A DNA stretch of 64,000 nt from a virus (taxonomy: Duplodnaviria; Caudoviricetes): positions 39-64,038 of the IMG/VR virus record IMGVR_UViG_3300020440_000016, one strand, 5' to 3'. The notes beneath the pieces were generated by a model that saw nothing but the letters and a program-made list of their open reading frames with translations, had not been told where the DNA came from and searched no databases. Made by a program: the position numbers and the translations under genes. This document shows, piece by piece, positions 39,688 through 48,696 of the stretch (its first letter is position 1; each line of letters begins with the position of its first letter).

Positions 39688-40362
39688 TTAGTCTTTTAGT
39701 ATAGTTGTAGCCATAGGAAAAATCTCCGCTATAACGGTGGCGCAGGCGTGTGCAATTTCCATATGTTCTTTTTGGGTACCATTAGCACCTCGAAGTTCAA
39801 TATAGTGAATCCAACTACGTAATGTACCATTCATATACAGTCGTGTTTTGGTAAGACCTTCGGGTAAAACCTTACGTGCTAGTTCTTTGGCAATGCCCTT
39901 TTTAATTGCCCAATCATATTCTTTTTTGGCCATATGGGCAACACGCATTTGAGACCATTCCCATTCTTGTTGTAATTTTGGATCTTCTATATCTATTGAA
40001 TTTTGTCTGTTCTTTGTATCCTGCAGTCGTGCTTCGCTATATTCGAACAGTTGTCCTTGATCATCTGGATCTGCGTAACGTTGACTAAATTCTTGGAAAC
40101 TAAAAGAACGATGTCGCACAATTTGGTGTGCAATATCTCTGGTAGTATTGATTTCTAAACAAGCATTTACCATTTCAAGTGGCGACCAATGACCCCACTT
40201 AATTAGATATCCAATTAGTTTTTCCGCAGTTTCTTTGTTCATTTGATTGCTAGGATTTGATACTCTTGCACAAAAGGCAATTAAATCCTGAACATTTTCT
40301 AAACCTTCTGCTTCGAAGTCATCTGATGGTTTTGAGTACGAAACTAATTTTACTCTGTTCAT
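39688..40362 (-). CDS. thyX: FAD-dependent thymidylate synthase ThyX
   Basis: RHRSFSFQEFSQRY ThyX signature, GHWSPLE, ELARKVLP, NGTLRSWIHY. Confidence 0.95.
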   Translation of the reverse strand: MNRVKLVSYSKPSDDFEAEGLENVQDLIAFCARVSNPSNQMNKETAEKLIGYLIKWGHWSPLEMVNACLEINTTRDIAHQIVRHRSFSFQEFSQRYADPDDQGQLFEYSEARLQDTKNRQNSIDIEDPKLQQEWEWSQMRVAHMAKKEYDWAIKKGIAKELARKVLPEGLTKTRLYMNGTLRSWIHYIELRGANGTQKEHMEIAHACATVIAEIFPMATTILKD

Positions 40363-40727
40363 TTTTTCTTTCCTTCTCTTTTCATTTTGAAATTAATCTT
40401 CTTAGCAAAACTATTTTTTGCTTTTGTTATATCGCCCATCATTTCATCTACTCTAATACTGAAATCAATGTCTACTATATTTGCTTTATTTTTGCTTAGA
40501 ATATTATTAACTTGAGTTGTAGCCTGATGTAAACTACGAGAATTAGCCACGATGCTTTTTACATCGATAAGCATATTATTTCTGTTTTTAAGATTTACTT
40601 TTAAGGTGTTTATATATCGAATGGGAAGACTTTTTATATTAATAGAATCTAATACGTCTTCCCAATCGGCATCGAAGGTTGTTTTATTTTTATCTAATAG
40701 AATTTTGCCTGATGGCTTTTCTTCCAT
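40359..40727 (-). CDS. Hypothetical protein
   Basis: 122-aa ORF coupled to both neighbours. Confidence 0.6.
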   Translation of the reverse strand: MEEKPSGKILLDKNKTTFDADWEDVLDSINIKSLPIRYINTLKVNLKNRNNMLIDVKSIVANSRSLHQATTQVNNILSKNKANIVDIDFSIRVDEMMGDITKAKNSFAKKINFKMKREGKKK

Positions 40728-41287
40728 TACGCATCTACTGTATCTTTTTTAGAAGTTTTTTTACTAGATGTTACAGGTGGATCGATATCATCTGCTCTAC
40801 GTCTTAGTTCAATAACTTCTTTGTATAAAGTATCTGCTCTGTTTCTGTAATTACGTGCAGTATCTTTCTTGGTTAAAGCAGTATCTTCATTTGATTCTTC
40901 TTTAACTGCAAGATCAGAAATACTTACACCTCTTTGTTCCGCAATTTGCTCGTTTAACTTATCTAAAGGTAACCAAGTTTCTTTTTGTGGACTAGGAGTT
41001 ACAGTTACATCTTTTGTTTCAACTTTGACTAACAAATTTTGTTGTGCTAAAGTAACAAGCATATTGTTACCATCAGCAAACTTTTTAGGTGCTAGTACAG
41101 TCGCAAGTTCAAAAGCATCTTGTCCGTTTTGTGACTCAACCACTTTGAATAGTTCATCGTGATATGATGCAGTTAATCTTTCTGTAGGAATGACTAATGC
41201 ATTTAGAGGTTCATTAGGAAGTGTTCTGTATGCTAGAACTACTTTTTTGCCTGCGAAGTTTCCAACGTGTTTTACTTGTGTTGCCAT
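40727..41287 (-). CDS. Hypothetical phage protein
   Basis: 186-aa ORF with GGAG RBS. Confidence 0.7.
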   Translation of the reverse strand: MATQVKHVGNFAGKKVVLAYRTLPNEPLNALVIPTERLTASYHDELFKVVESQNGQDAFELATVLAPKKFADGNNMLVTLAQQNLLVKVETKDVTVTPSPQKETWLPLDKLNEQIAEQRGVSISDLAVKEESNEDTALTKKDTARNYRNRADTLYKEVIELRRRADDIDPPVTSSKKTSKKDTVDA

Positions 41288-41297
41288 AAACTTCTCC

Positions 41298-41597
41298 TTA
41301 GGCCTTTGGTGCTTCAGCGGGTGCTGGAGCCTCTCCGGCTTTTTGTTCTGCTGGCTTCACTGCATTTAAGAAAGTTTCCAATCTGTTATAAGTGTTACCA
41401 ACTACTGTCATTTCTGCCGCTTTAAAAGTTCCTCTGGAACAAGCAACATCAATAATTGTTTTTAGTGCCTGCAAGTCAGTGACAGTTAAGTCTGGTGCTG
41501 ACGGTGTAGCAGGATTGGCAGGATTATTTGGATCAGGTTTAGCCTGATTTGCACTCGCGTCTGCCACCGGTGCTTCTTTTTTGATTTCTTCTGTCAT
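41298..41597 (-). CDS. Hypothetical protein with P/A-rich termini
   Basis: 99 aa, core LTVTDL..LKTIID.ACSRG.FKA.E. Confidence 0.65.
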   Translation of the reverse strand: MTEEIKKEAPVADASANQAKPDPNNPANPATPSAPDLTVTDLQALKTIIDVACSRGTFKAAEMTVVGNTYNRLETFLNAVKPAEQKAGEAPAPAEAPKA

Positions 41598-41624
41598 AAA
41601 ATAAAATCTCCTTCGTACTGTTAA

Positions 41625-41936
41625 TTATACTATCTTTAGTTCCTGAGATGCAAGAACTGGACAAGCCAAACTGAAAAAAGAACTTTCTGATGGATCTTCA
41701 AAACCCAAAATATATATTTGTTCAATTTTATTATCCAAAATTTCTAAATCTTGCACAATACAAAACCTACTGCTTAGATTATTATATATCCATCTCTTGA
41801 CTTCTTCAATTTTTTCTGTTCCATAATACATTTCGCATTTAAGTTTAATTTTTTCAAAATGAGTTGGAACATAATCCAATTCGCGGATATCCAAAATGTT
41901 TAATGGATTAGGATCTTGAGCAAGTAGTCTCATCAA
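41625..41936 (-). CDS. Hypothetical protein
   Basis: 103-aa ORF in operon orientation. Confidence 0.6.
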   Translation of the reverse strand: MMRLLAQDPNPLNILDIRELDYVPTHFEKIKLKCEMYYGTEKIEEVKRWIYNNLSSRFCIVQDLEILDNKIEQIYILGFEDPSESSFFSLACPVLASQELKIV

Positions 41937-42022
41937 TTACATCCTGATACACAGATCATTCCAAAGTTTGGCCAAATTTCTGTTGCGATTTTAATTGCAA
42001 TAATACCCAATACAATATTCAT

Positions 42023-43300
42023 TTACGCCGCCTCTTTTAAATCATAATGACAAGTGATACCGTGCGGTGCCTCTATTGAAGTATCGGAATGTATAATCCA
42101 CACTGTATCACAGTAATTCTCATCACCCCAGTTCCAAGAGTATCCATCAGTGAATACCAATAATTTTTTAGGAGTAATACCTTGTTCTTTCATATACTTC
42201 CAATTTGCATCAAAGTCAGTACCGCCGCCACCGTGCAATTCATAATTTTCAATTGAATCAGGTGTGTCAGGTGTAAAGTCTTGTTCGTTGTATACTTCTG
42301 TATCAAAACACCATACTTTAATTTTGTAATCATCATATTGATCACAAATTCCTTTTACTTCACTTAAGAAGTCTTTTGCTTCACGGCTACCAATACTGCC
42401 ACTCATATCAAGTGCAATAGCAATATCGATTGTGTCTTCATAGTCCATACCAGGAAGTACTGCTGATGTATGCCAACCTTTACGTGATGGACGCATAAAA
42501 GAGTAATTACTTTTAATAACAGATTGGATCTGTTGATTAAGTATTTCTCTCCAGTTCATCTTAGGCTCAGTAAGTTCTTGAATAATACGAGCAACACCTT
42601 TTGGCACATTACCTACGCCAGCCGCCTGTGCAGATGAAATCATTGCTTCTTTCATTTCGTCACGGATTTTACGTAATTCTTCTTTGCTATAAGTAGGCTG
42701 AGATTTACCGTTTTTCTTTTTAGTTTTTCCTGCTGGACCTTGACCTTTACCTTTTTCCCAGTCGATATGTTCGTCAAGCAATTTGCCTAATTGCTTTAAT
42801 GTTTCATCATCATACTTTTTATAGATGTCATCATAAACAGCCTCAGTTGCCCAACCATAATATTTAGGATCATGGAAGGGTTTAACCTGTGTAATCATTT
42901 CACCAATATTATGTCTTACCAAGTCACCGTTTACACAATAGTCTGCGGCAATATTAAAGATTTGAGGATCCCTGCTATCTCTACGTGTAAAGTGATCATA
43001 TACACAGTGTAGGATTTCATGACCAAACAAAAACTCAGTTTGTTTAGGATTAAGTGTGTTAATAAAATTTTCATTGTAGAAAAACTTTCTACCATCTGTG
43101 GCGGCAGTTGCACACCAATCAGTTGCGTCTTCAAGTACGAGTCTTGTTGCAAGATTACCAAAGAAAGGTTGCCTAATAAGTAAACCAATTCTTGCAGTAA
43201 TAAGTTTTTCTTTTACTTTTTCAGAGTTGACATCTGGATTTTTTTCATAGATTTTACCATCTATCATCTCTTGTTCTACGGCTGTTGTTGCTTGTGACAT
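42023..43300 (-). CDS. Metallopeptidase-like (HEXXH) plus VWA domain protein (DUF2201-like), AAA+ partner
   Basis: FGHEILH zinc motif; ALDMSGS MIDAS, GGGGTDF, LVFTDG. Confidence 0.85.
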   Translation of the reverse strand: MSQATTAVEQEMIDGKIYEKNPDVNSEKVKEKLITARIGLLIRQPFFGNLATRLVLEDATDWCATAATDGRKFFYNENFINTLNPKQTEFLFGHEILHCVYDHFTRRDSRDPQIFNIAADYCVNGDLVRHNIGEMITQVKPFHDPKYYGWATEAVYDDIYKKYDDETLKQLGKLLDEHIDWEKGKGQGPAGKTKKKNGKSQPTYSKEELRKIRDEMKEAMISSAQAAGVGNVPKGVARIIQELTEPKMNWREILNQQIQSVIKSNYSFMRPSRKGWHTSAVLPGMDYEDTIDIAIALDMSGSIGSREAKDFLSEVKGICDQYDDYKIKVWCFDTEVYNEQDFTPDTPDSIENYELHGGGGTDFDANWKYMKEQGITPKKLLVFTDGYSWNWGDENYCDTVWIIHSDTSIEAPHGITCHYDLKEAA

Positions 43301-43326
43301 AATAACCTCTTTCTAACTATATTTAC

Positions 43327-43354
43327 AGTATAGCACCTTTTGGGTTATTGTCAA
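43327..43354 (-). promoter_or_regulatory. Sigma70-type early promoter
   Basis: TTGACA-N16-TATACT with extended TG. Confidence 0.75.
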
Positions 43355-43355
43355 C

Positions 43356-43931
43356 CTAAAATTGTGCTAAAAATTGGGTTTGCATATCCATTTTGGCTTT
43401 TTTATATGAAATACTTTCTGCTATATGTAGTGGTTCATACTGCCCTGGTTGAAATACATATTGTACCTTTTCTGATGGTAGTCTGCTTGTTTTTAAACCA
43501 TCTCCTCCATCAATTACATAGGGTAAAAGGTCTTCTTTGGATATCACTGCTACTGCTTCGCGATCACAAATGAGCAAAAATTGTGCATAAGAATCTGGTA
43601 GTATTCTTCCTTCGCTAGATCCTCGACTATTCATTAATTGTAAATCACTCACAAATTTCTTTGGAAGTTTTTTCTTTTTGGTAAAAAGACTTCCGTCTGT
43701 ATACTTCATTTCCATTGTTACATTATCTGGTCCAATATGATCTACACCTTCTAGATTTACATATTGTAGATCTTGATTACTAAAAAGTTCTAGTGCTTTT
43801 TCTAACAAATCACTTTTATCAAAACGAAGTTTACGTTCATTTAGTTCGTCTCCAATTTGGTCTACAAGTGTTACATACTTGTTCCAATCTACATTATTAG
43901 ACAACCAATTTTTAATATCTACAGTTTGCAT
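43356..43931 (-). CDS. Putative PD-(D/E)xK (restriction-like) endonuclease
   Basis: EGVDH...TMEMKY fits the D-Xn-E-x-K core; helix with E upstream (DLLEKALE). Confidence 0.5.
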   Translation of the reverse strand: MQTVDIKNWLSNNVDWNKYVTLVDQIGDELNERKLRFDKSDLLEKALELFSNQDLQYVNLEGVDHIGPDNVTMEMKYTDGSLFTKKKKLPKKFVSDLQLMNSRGSSEGRILPDSYAQFLLICDREAVAVISKEDLLPYVIDGGDGLKTSRLPSEKVQYVFQPGQYEPLHIAESISYKKAKMDMQTQFLAQF

Positions 43932-43955
43932 TTTTACTCCTTTGCAACTGTATAT

Positions 43956-43984
43956 ATTATAAATTCTTTCTATCGGAAGATCAA
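43956..43984 (-). promoter_or_regulatory. Sigma70-type promoter for the 191-aa gene
   Basis: TTGATC-N17-TATAAT. Confidence 0.6.
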
Positions 43985-43996
43985 CTGAAATAAGGT

Positions 43997-44018
43997 GAGG
44001 GGATCCGAAGACCCCCTC
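43997..44018 (-). terminator. UUCG-capped hairpin after the AAA+ gene (terminator or stabiliser)
   Basis: GAGGGGGTC-TTCG-GATCCCCTC on the minus strand; U-tract weak. Confidence 0.6.
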
Positions 44019-44027
44019 TATAGTTAG

Positions 44028-45125
44028 TTACGACGTCATCGCCGCTTGGACGTATTTCCCGTACTTGTTATGGAACCTATCAAAATTCTTTAGGTCCTTT
44101 GGTGAAAATGGAAGTTTGTAAGTTGAAATTGCAACCCTAGTTCCCATCACAACAAGTTCAGTATCGAAGTTGTCCATCATAAAACCAAAAAAGTTATCAG
44201 CCATTTTGTTCCAATTTTGGACTTTCTTCTTATACGCCTCTTGTAGTTCATAGCACATTGAAACAGTCAATGAGTACATAGCACTAATGTCTGTTGTCTC
44301 CATGCTCTTCACTTTGCCGGACAAAATGTCCGTTGGATTTGGCAATTTAGAAGCAACCTTACGGTGTGCCGCAAATTTTACTGCCAAGCCTTCTCCGACT
44401 GCACCTGCCACGAGGTCTGTCAATGTGTTTTCAGGCAGATCGTCATCGAGAAGTTCGCTCACGAAACTCCAACTTCTTGGAGTAGCAAATGCTCTTGAAC
44501 TGCTCTTAGGATCAAAATCATAAAGATCTTGTTTCGCAAAAGAAACATATCCAACAACATCTGGGTGAATCTTGTTTTCAGTTGCCCACTGCAACCAATC
44601 TTCGAAGTCTACTCTCATTTCCAAGTGTACAAATCTGTTGGACAATGGAGCAGGCATTCTGTAAGTAACACCTTTGTCTGTTTCCCTGTTACCCGCCGCT
44701 ACAATAACAACGTTATCAGGAAGTTTATAAGAACCAACCCTACGGTTGAGAATAAGTTGGTATGCCGCGGCTTGTACAGCCGGAGCCGCCGAGTTCATTT
44801 CGTCCAAGAAAAGTACAATGGTCTTATATTTTTTAGCCATTGCCTCGTCTGGCAATTCAACAGGCGGTGCCCATTTCATTGTATTATCGTTGGCGGCATA
44901 ATACGGCATACCCTTGACATCAGTTGGATCCCATAGTGACAACCTGATATCAATTAAAAATGATTTTTCTAAAGCATCAGTAATCTGTTGCATAATATCA
45001 GATTTACCAATACCTGGAGGACCCCATAAAAATAAAGGTCTTTTCTTTTTCATTGCGTGTTGCAGTGCCACCTTTGCTTCATTAGGTGTAACTGTACGTG
45101 CTTCTGTGTTTTGTTGTGTTGACAT
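44028..45125 (-). CDS. MoxR-type AAA+ ATPase
   Basis: Walker A GPPGIGKS, Walker B LFLDE, AAGNR sensor, LSNRF arginine finger, FATPRSW. Confidence 0.9.
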   Translation of the reverse strand: MSTQQNTEARTVTPNEAKVALQHAMKKKRPLFLWGPPGIGKSDIMQQITDALEKSFLIDIRLSLWDPTDVKGMPYYAANDNTMKWAPPVELPDEAMAKKYKTIVLFLDEMNSAAPAVQAAAYQLILNRRVGSYKLPDNVVIVAAGNRETDKGVTYRMPAPLSNRFVHLEMRVDFEDWLQWATENKIHPDVVGYVSFAKQDLYDFDPKSSSRAFATPRSWSFVSELLDDDLPENTLTDLVAGAVGEGLAVKFAAHRKVASKLPNPTDILSGKVKSMETTDISAMYSLTVSMCYELQEAYKKKVQNWNKMADNFFGFMMDNFDTELVVMGTRVAISTYKLPFSPKDLKNFDRFHNKYGKYVQAAMTS

Positions 45126-45159
45126 TTTAACCTCTTTCTGTTTAACTAACTATAATATT

Positions 45160-45187
45160 AATATAGCATCATTATACATATAGTCAA
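45160..45187 (-). promoter_or_regulatory. Sigma70-type early promoter
   Basis: TTGACT-N16-TATATT with extended TG. Confidence 0.7.
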
Positions 45188-45239
45188 CCACTTTTTGTAA
45201 CTATTTTTGGATTTTTTTTGGATTATTTGTCCAAAATGA

Positions 45240-45629
45240 CTAGACGTTTTCTAAGTCTTTTGCCATTGCTCTTGCTAGGCCGTATTGCTTAATATCACCT
45301 GCAAACATCATAAGTTGTAGAGCCATTTTCTCTGAAAGTACATATATGCGTTTTTTTGTTACATAATATGGAGTATCTATAAATTCATCTAGATATAGAT
45401 AAACTTGTGGCGTAAAATGAATATCGTTCGGAAAATGTATTTCGTGAACTTTAAGATCTGCTTTATTCACTACATATTCGAACCCATCTTTTGTAAGACG
45501 TAATCCACTGTCACCTTTGGCTCTGATGTTCTGCCACCATAATATATGATATTTTTTAATTGCTTCTTCTGTTGGTTCTATTTCAGAAGCAATAAGAAAA
45601 GTTTTTGTGTATGCTGTCTTTTTATCCAT
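45240..45629 (-). CDS. Hypothetical phage protein
   Basis: 129-aa ORF coupled to the upstream gene. Confidence 0.65.
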   Translation of the reverse strand: MDKKTAYTKTFLIASEIEPTEEAIKKYHILWWQNIRAKGDSGLRLTKDGFEYVVNKADLKVHEIHFPNDIHFTPQVYLYLDEFIDTPYYVTKKRIYVLSEKMALQLMMFAGDIKQYGLARAMAKDLENV

Positions 45630-45909
45630 TTAAAACTTCACCGCTAGTTAACTTAACTACCTTAAAGTCTTCTGTATTGAATAACTTGTTTAATTTTTTT
45701 GCTAGATTGTGAGCATGACCAGGATTGCTAAAAGATACTTTTTTGTACTTAGGTCCTGGAGTAGGAGATACTGCACTGCTACTTTTTAGGTTAAATGGCT
45801 TTCCATTGTAAAATACTGCCCATATGGCAACCGCATCTAGAACTTCTTCACTTCTAAATGTATTCTTGTCGGTGTGCTTTAATAACACGTTAGGTTTAGG
45901 TCTACTCAT
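45622..45909 (-). CDS. Hypothetical phage protein
   Basis: 95 aa, preceded by a GATAAATAT late-promoter-like core (45941-45949). Confidence 0.65.
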   Translation of the reverse strand: MSRPKPNVLLKHTDKNTFRSEEVLDAVAIWAVFYNGKPFNLKSSSAVSPTPGPKYKKVSFSNPGHAHNLAKKLNKLFNTEDFKVVKLTSGEVLNG

Positions 45910-45954
45910 TATATACGTCTTCCGTTTAAAAACTACGTATATATTTATCCTGTT

Positions 45955-46176
45955 TTAAAGTTTTCCACCGTCCATTTGTATAGATATTGCTTCTTGCTCA
46001 GTAGGCTTATTATCCTGAAGTTCTACTAGACGTGCTAACACCATGCTTATGCTGTCTGCGAGGTCTCTGTATTGCTTCTGATCTAGTTTAAGTTCTCTAG
46101 TCTGCTTTTTAGAAGCAATTTTTACATTTTGCAAGAAGTCTTCTATTGCGAGAGTATTAAGATTTTTTCGAGACAC
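45955..46176 (-). CDS. Hypothetical protein
   Basis: 73-aa ORF in operon orientation. Confidence 0.55.
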   Translation of the reverse strand: MSRKNLNTLAIEDFLQNVKIASKKQTRELKLDQKQYRDLADSISMVLARLVELQDNKPTEQEAISIQMDGGKL

Positions 46177-46636
46177 GTGCCAATGTTTCCTTCATTTCTA
46201 AGTCTGTTGTAAAAGGACCTTTAAATGGGTACCTTTGTAGTGTGATAAGTTTAGGGCAAAATGACTTTACCCAACCCTTTGCAAACTGTATGCAGTAATA
46301 TCCTGCACAATACAGACTTTTGCTTTTCCTACTCTTGCTAAACAACGGTAATCCATCTTTTACATTATATAATGGATTAAATGGTTTAGTGGATGTAGGG
46401 TATCCATATACTTCTTTTGAATACAAATCAGTTTGTATTTTGTTTTTTACTGTTTGTTCAAAGAAGTTTTCACCAAATGTCTTGTATATTTCGTCCATGT
46501 TGTCGAACTTTATCTTTTCTAGTTTAGTAATAAAGTAATAACAATTGGTGTCCTTTTGTAAAGTGCCAACTTTACGTCCTCTATCCTGTACTATCCAGAA
46601 TTTATTAGGAACTAACTGCTTGGCTAACATTTTCAC
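46157..46636 (-). CDS. Hypothetical phage protein
   Basis: 159 aa, aromatic-rich C-terminus (YCAGYY...WVKSFCPKLITL.RY). Confidence 0.65.
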   Translation of the reverse strand: MKMLAKQLVPNKFWIVQDRGRKVGTLQKDTNCYYFITKLEKIKFDNMDEIYKTFGENFFEQTVKNKIQTDLYSKEVYGYPTSTKPFNPLYNVKDGLPLFSKSRKSKSLYCAGYYCIQFAKGWVKSFCPKLITLQRYPFKGPFTTDLEMKETLARVSKKS

Positions 46637-47618
46637 CTCCGTATCTCGCGTTCAATGGCTCAGCAAATGACTGTGCCTGATCGCTTATTTTGTTTAAATC
46701 ATATGACCCTGCAAACTGTACAAGGCGTACTCCAACCTGCTTAATGTCTTTAGGTTGTTCTATTGCTTCTTCAATAGTATCGTTTATAATTTTTCTAATG
46801 TTACCAGGTTGTGCAGTTAAATCACATAGTGTTACATTACGATTATAATCATCTAATACTCTATGTTCTTTTTCTTCATGATCAACCCAACGTTGCAACA
46901 TTAAATTATTCCAATTAAAACCTTTACTTGTTCTATCCTCAAATGCTTCTGTAAGACCTACTTTGTTTCTTGTGCCTTTTACCCTTACTCCAGGATATGC
47001 TGAAAACACATTATCACTAGTGTCACCTCTCATGCATTTTACAAACAGTAACCATTCAGGATTAGGTGCTTCTTTTTCTTTTCCTGTCTTTTTATCTATT
47101 ACACGAGCACCTTTTTCATCAAAGTATCCTTCGTGTGTTATAGTTGTTTTTTGTACACCGTTGTACTGTCGAACATTAGGTGCAATAAGTTGTGCAAAGT
47201 CTCCGTCAGTTGATACAATTACATGATCATCATTAGGATGTGATTGAATCCAACCAGCAATTAAATCATCTGCTTCTAAATTTTGGTGTCTTAGCACTGT
47301 GCAATTTGTTTTGTTCTTAATAAACTTTGTAAAGTCATCAAATGTTTCCCAAAAAACTTTTTCTTCTTCCTGTTGTGATACAGTAAGAGCATCTCTTGAT
47401 TCTTGCCTATTACGTTTGTAAGGAGCATAATGATCTTTACGCCAACTGCGTCCTTCTAAACAAAATACAACATGACTACCATCAAAATCATTCCATGCTT
47501 TTCTAATACTTTGGAATGTAGTGTGCAAAGCCATTCCTATTTTAAGTTCTGTCTCACCTCTTACGGCGTGTCTTGCTCTAAAAAATGTGTTTGCAGTATC
47601 TACTAAAATATATGTCAT
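46605..47618 (-). CDS. rnh: 5'-3' exonuclease / RNase H (T4 Rnh, FEN-like)
   Basis: ILVDTAN, YAPYKRNR, EADDLIA, STDGDFAQL, GDTSDNV. Confidence 0.9.
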   Translation of the reverse strand: MTYILVDTANTFFRARHAVRGETELKIGMALHTTFQSIRKAWNDFDGSHVVFCLEGRSWRKDHYAPYKRNRQESRDALTVSQQEEEKVFWETFDDFTKFIKNKTNCTVLRHQNLEADDLIAGWIQSHPNDDHVIVSTDGDFAQLIAPNVRQYNGVQKTTITHEGYFDEKGARVIDKKTGKEKEAPNPEWLLFVKCMRGDTSDNVFSAYPGVRVKGTRNKVGLTEAFEDRTSKGFNWNNLMLQRWVDHEEKEHRVLDDYNRNVTLCDLTAQPGNIRKIINDTIEEAIEQPKDIKQVGVRLVQFAGSYDLNKISDQAQSFAEPLNARYGGENVSQAVSS

Positions 47619-48286
47619 GTGTTTTTTAACCTTAATGCTAGATGTAAATCTGTTGTTATTGTGTTTTTACTCGCCATATCAAATAAATCAAATGCCATAC
47701 TTACTCTTTTGTTATCTTCGTTGTGTACAGGTACACTGTGCAGTACATGACTTGGAAAAAATGTTAAACCTCCTTTAACATTTGGAAAATCCATAAGCAC
47801 ATCATCGTCTGCTGGAGCATAGTATACAGTCTTTGTGGCATAGTTGTCAAGATGAATATTGCCACTTAGGTAAGAAAAATGTTGAGCACCATGTCCGTGT
47901 TGTGTAATTGGTTGCCCTTTATGAACAACATTGGCCCAACTGTACATATACAAGTCTCTTACCAGTGTGCCATTTGTATGCATAAATTTTACATATTCTG
48001 ATTGTATCCAATTAAGTAATTCTTTGAACACTGGTATTTCACGTGTCACTTGAAATAGATTATAAGAATTATATTGTGCGGTAAGACTATTTTCACCTAA
48101 ACCAGTTCCGCCATCACCTTCAGTATTCTTTTTGTATTTTTGAACAATATTTGTTTCATTGTCAATTATCCATTGACGCATTTTGTCTACTTTACTCTCA
48201 TCAGGAAACTGCGTATTCCAAAATGGTATACTCCAAGTTGGTGCATATTCATTCTCTGGATGTAAACTTTTCCAAGTATGTAGCAT
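47615..48286 (-). CDS. Putative 2OG-Fe(II) oxygenase
   Basis: WANV...HGH, YLSGNIHL, FFPSHVLHSV, RVSMAFD. Confidence 0.8.
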   Translation of the reverse strand: MLHTWKSLHPENEYAPTWSIPFWNTQFPDESKVDKMRQWIIDNETNIVQKYKKNTEGDGGTGLGENSLTAQYNSYNLFQVTREIPVFKELLNWIQSEYVKFMHTNGTLVRDLYMYSWANVVHKGQPITQHGHGAQHFSYLSGNIHLDNYATKTVYYAPADDDVLMDFPNVKGGLTFFPSHVLHSVPVHNEDNKRVSMAFDLFDMASKNTITTDLHLALRLKNT

Positions 48287-48657
48287 TAACTTATCTCTGA
48301 TTTTCCGTCGCCAATGTTTTTAGTGTTAATATAACCAGCACCCATTGGAGTATCTGGAGTAGCAACACCTTGATCTTTAGCAATATTTCCACAAAGTTCT
48401 TTGAACCAAGCATCAACAATGGCTTCTTCACTGTCGCCTTGATATCCTGCAAGTCTAAGATCTCTAACAAAGTATTCATTCCAATCAAGTTCAAAAAATC
48501 CATTACGTGGATTTTTAGGATCAAGTTTAGTTTCTAATACTTCTACATAAGGCTTTTTTTCTTTTGTTGCTTTTGCTTTAGCATCAGTACCTTTGTCTTT
48601 AGACACACTTGCAGGCACATGACCTTTGTCAAACATTTTCTTAAGTTTATCTAACAT
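48286..48657 (-). CDS. Hypothetical phage protein
   Basis: 123 aa, FFELDWNEYFV.DL..AGY.G..EEAIVD.WF. Confidence 0.65.
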   Translation of the reverse strand: MLDKLKKMFDKGHVPASVSKDKGTDAKAKATKEKKPYVEVLETKLDPKNPRNGFFELDWNEYFVRDLRLAGYQGDSEEAIVDAWFKELCGNIAKDQGVATPDTPMGAGYINTKNIGDGKSEIS

Positions 48658-48696
48658 TACATATACCTCCTAATTTTTTCATCAAGTCTTTCCTCT

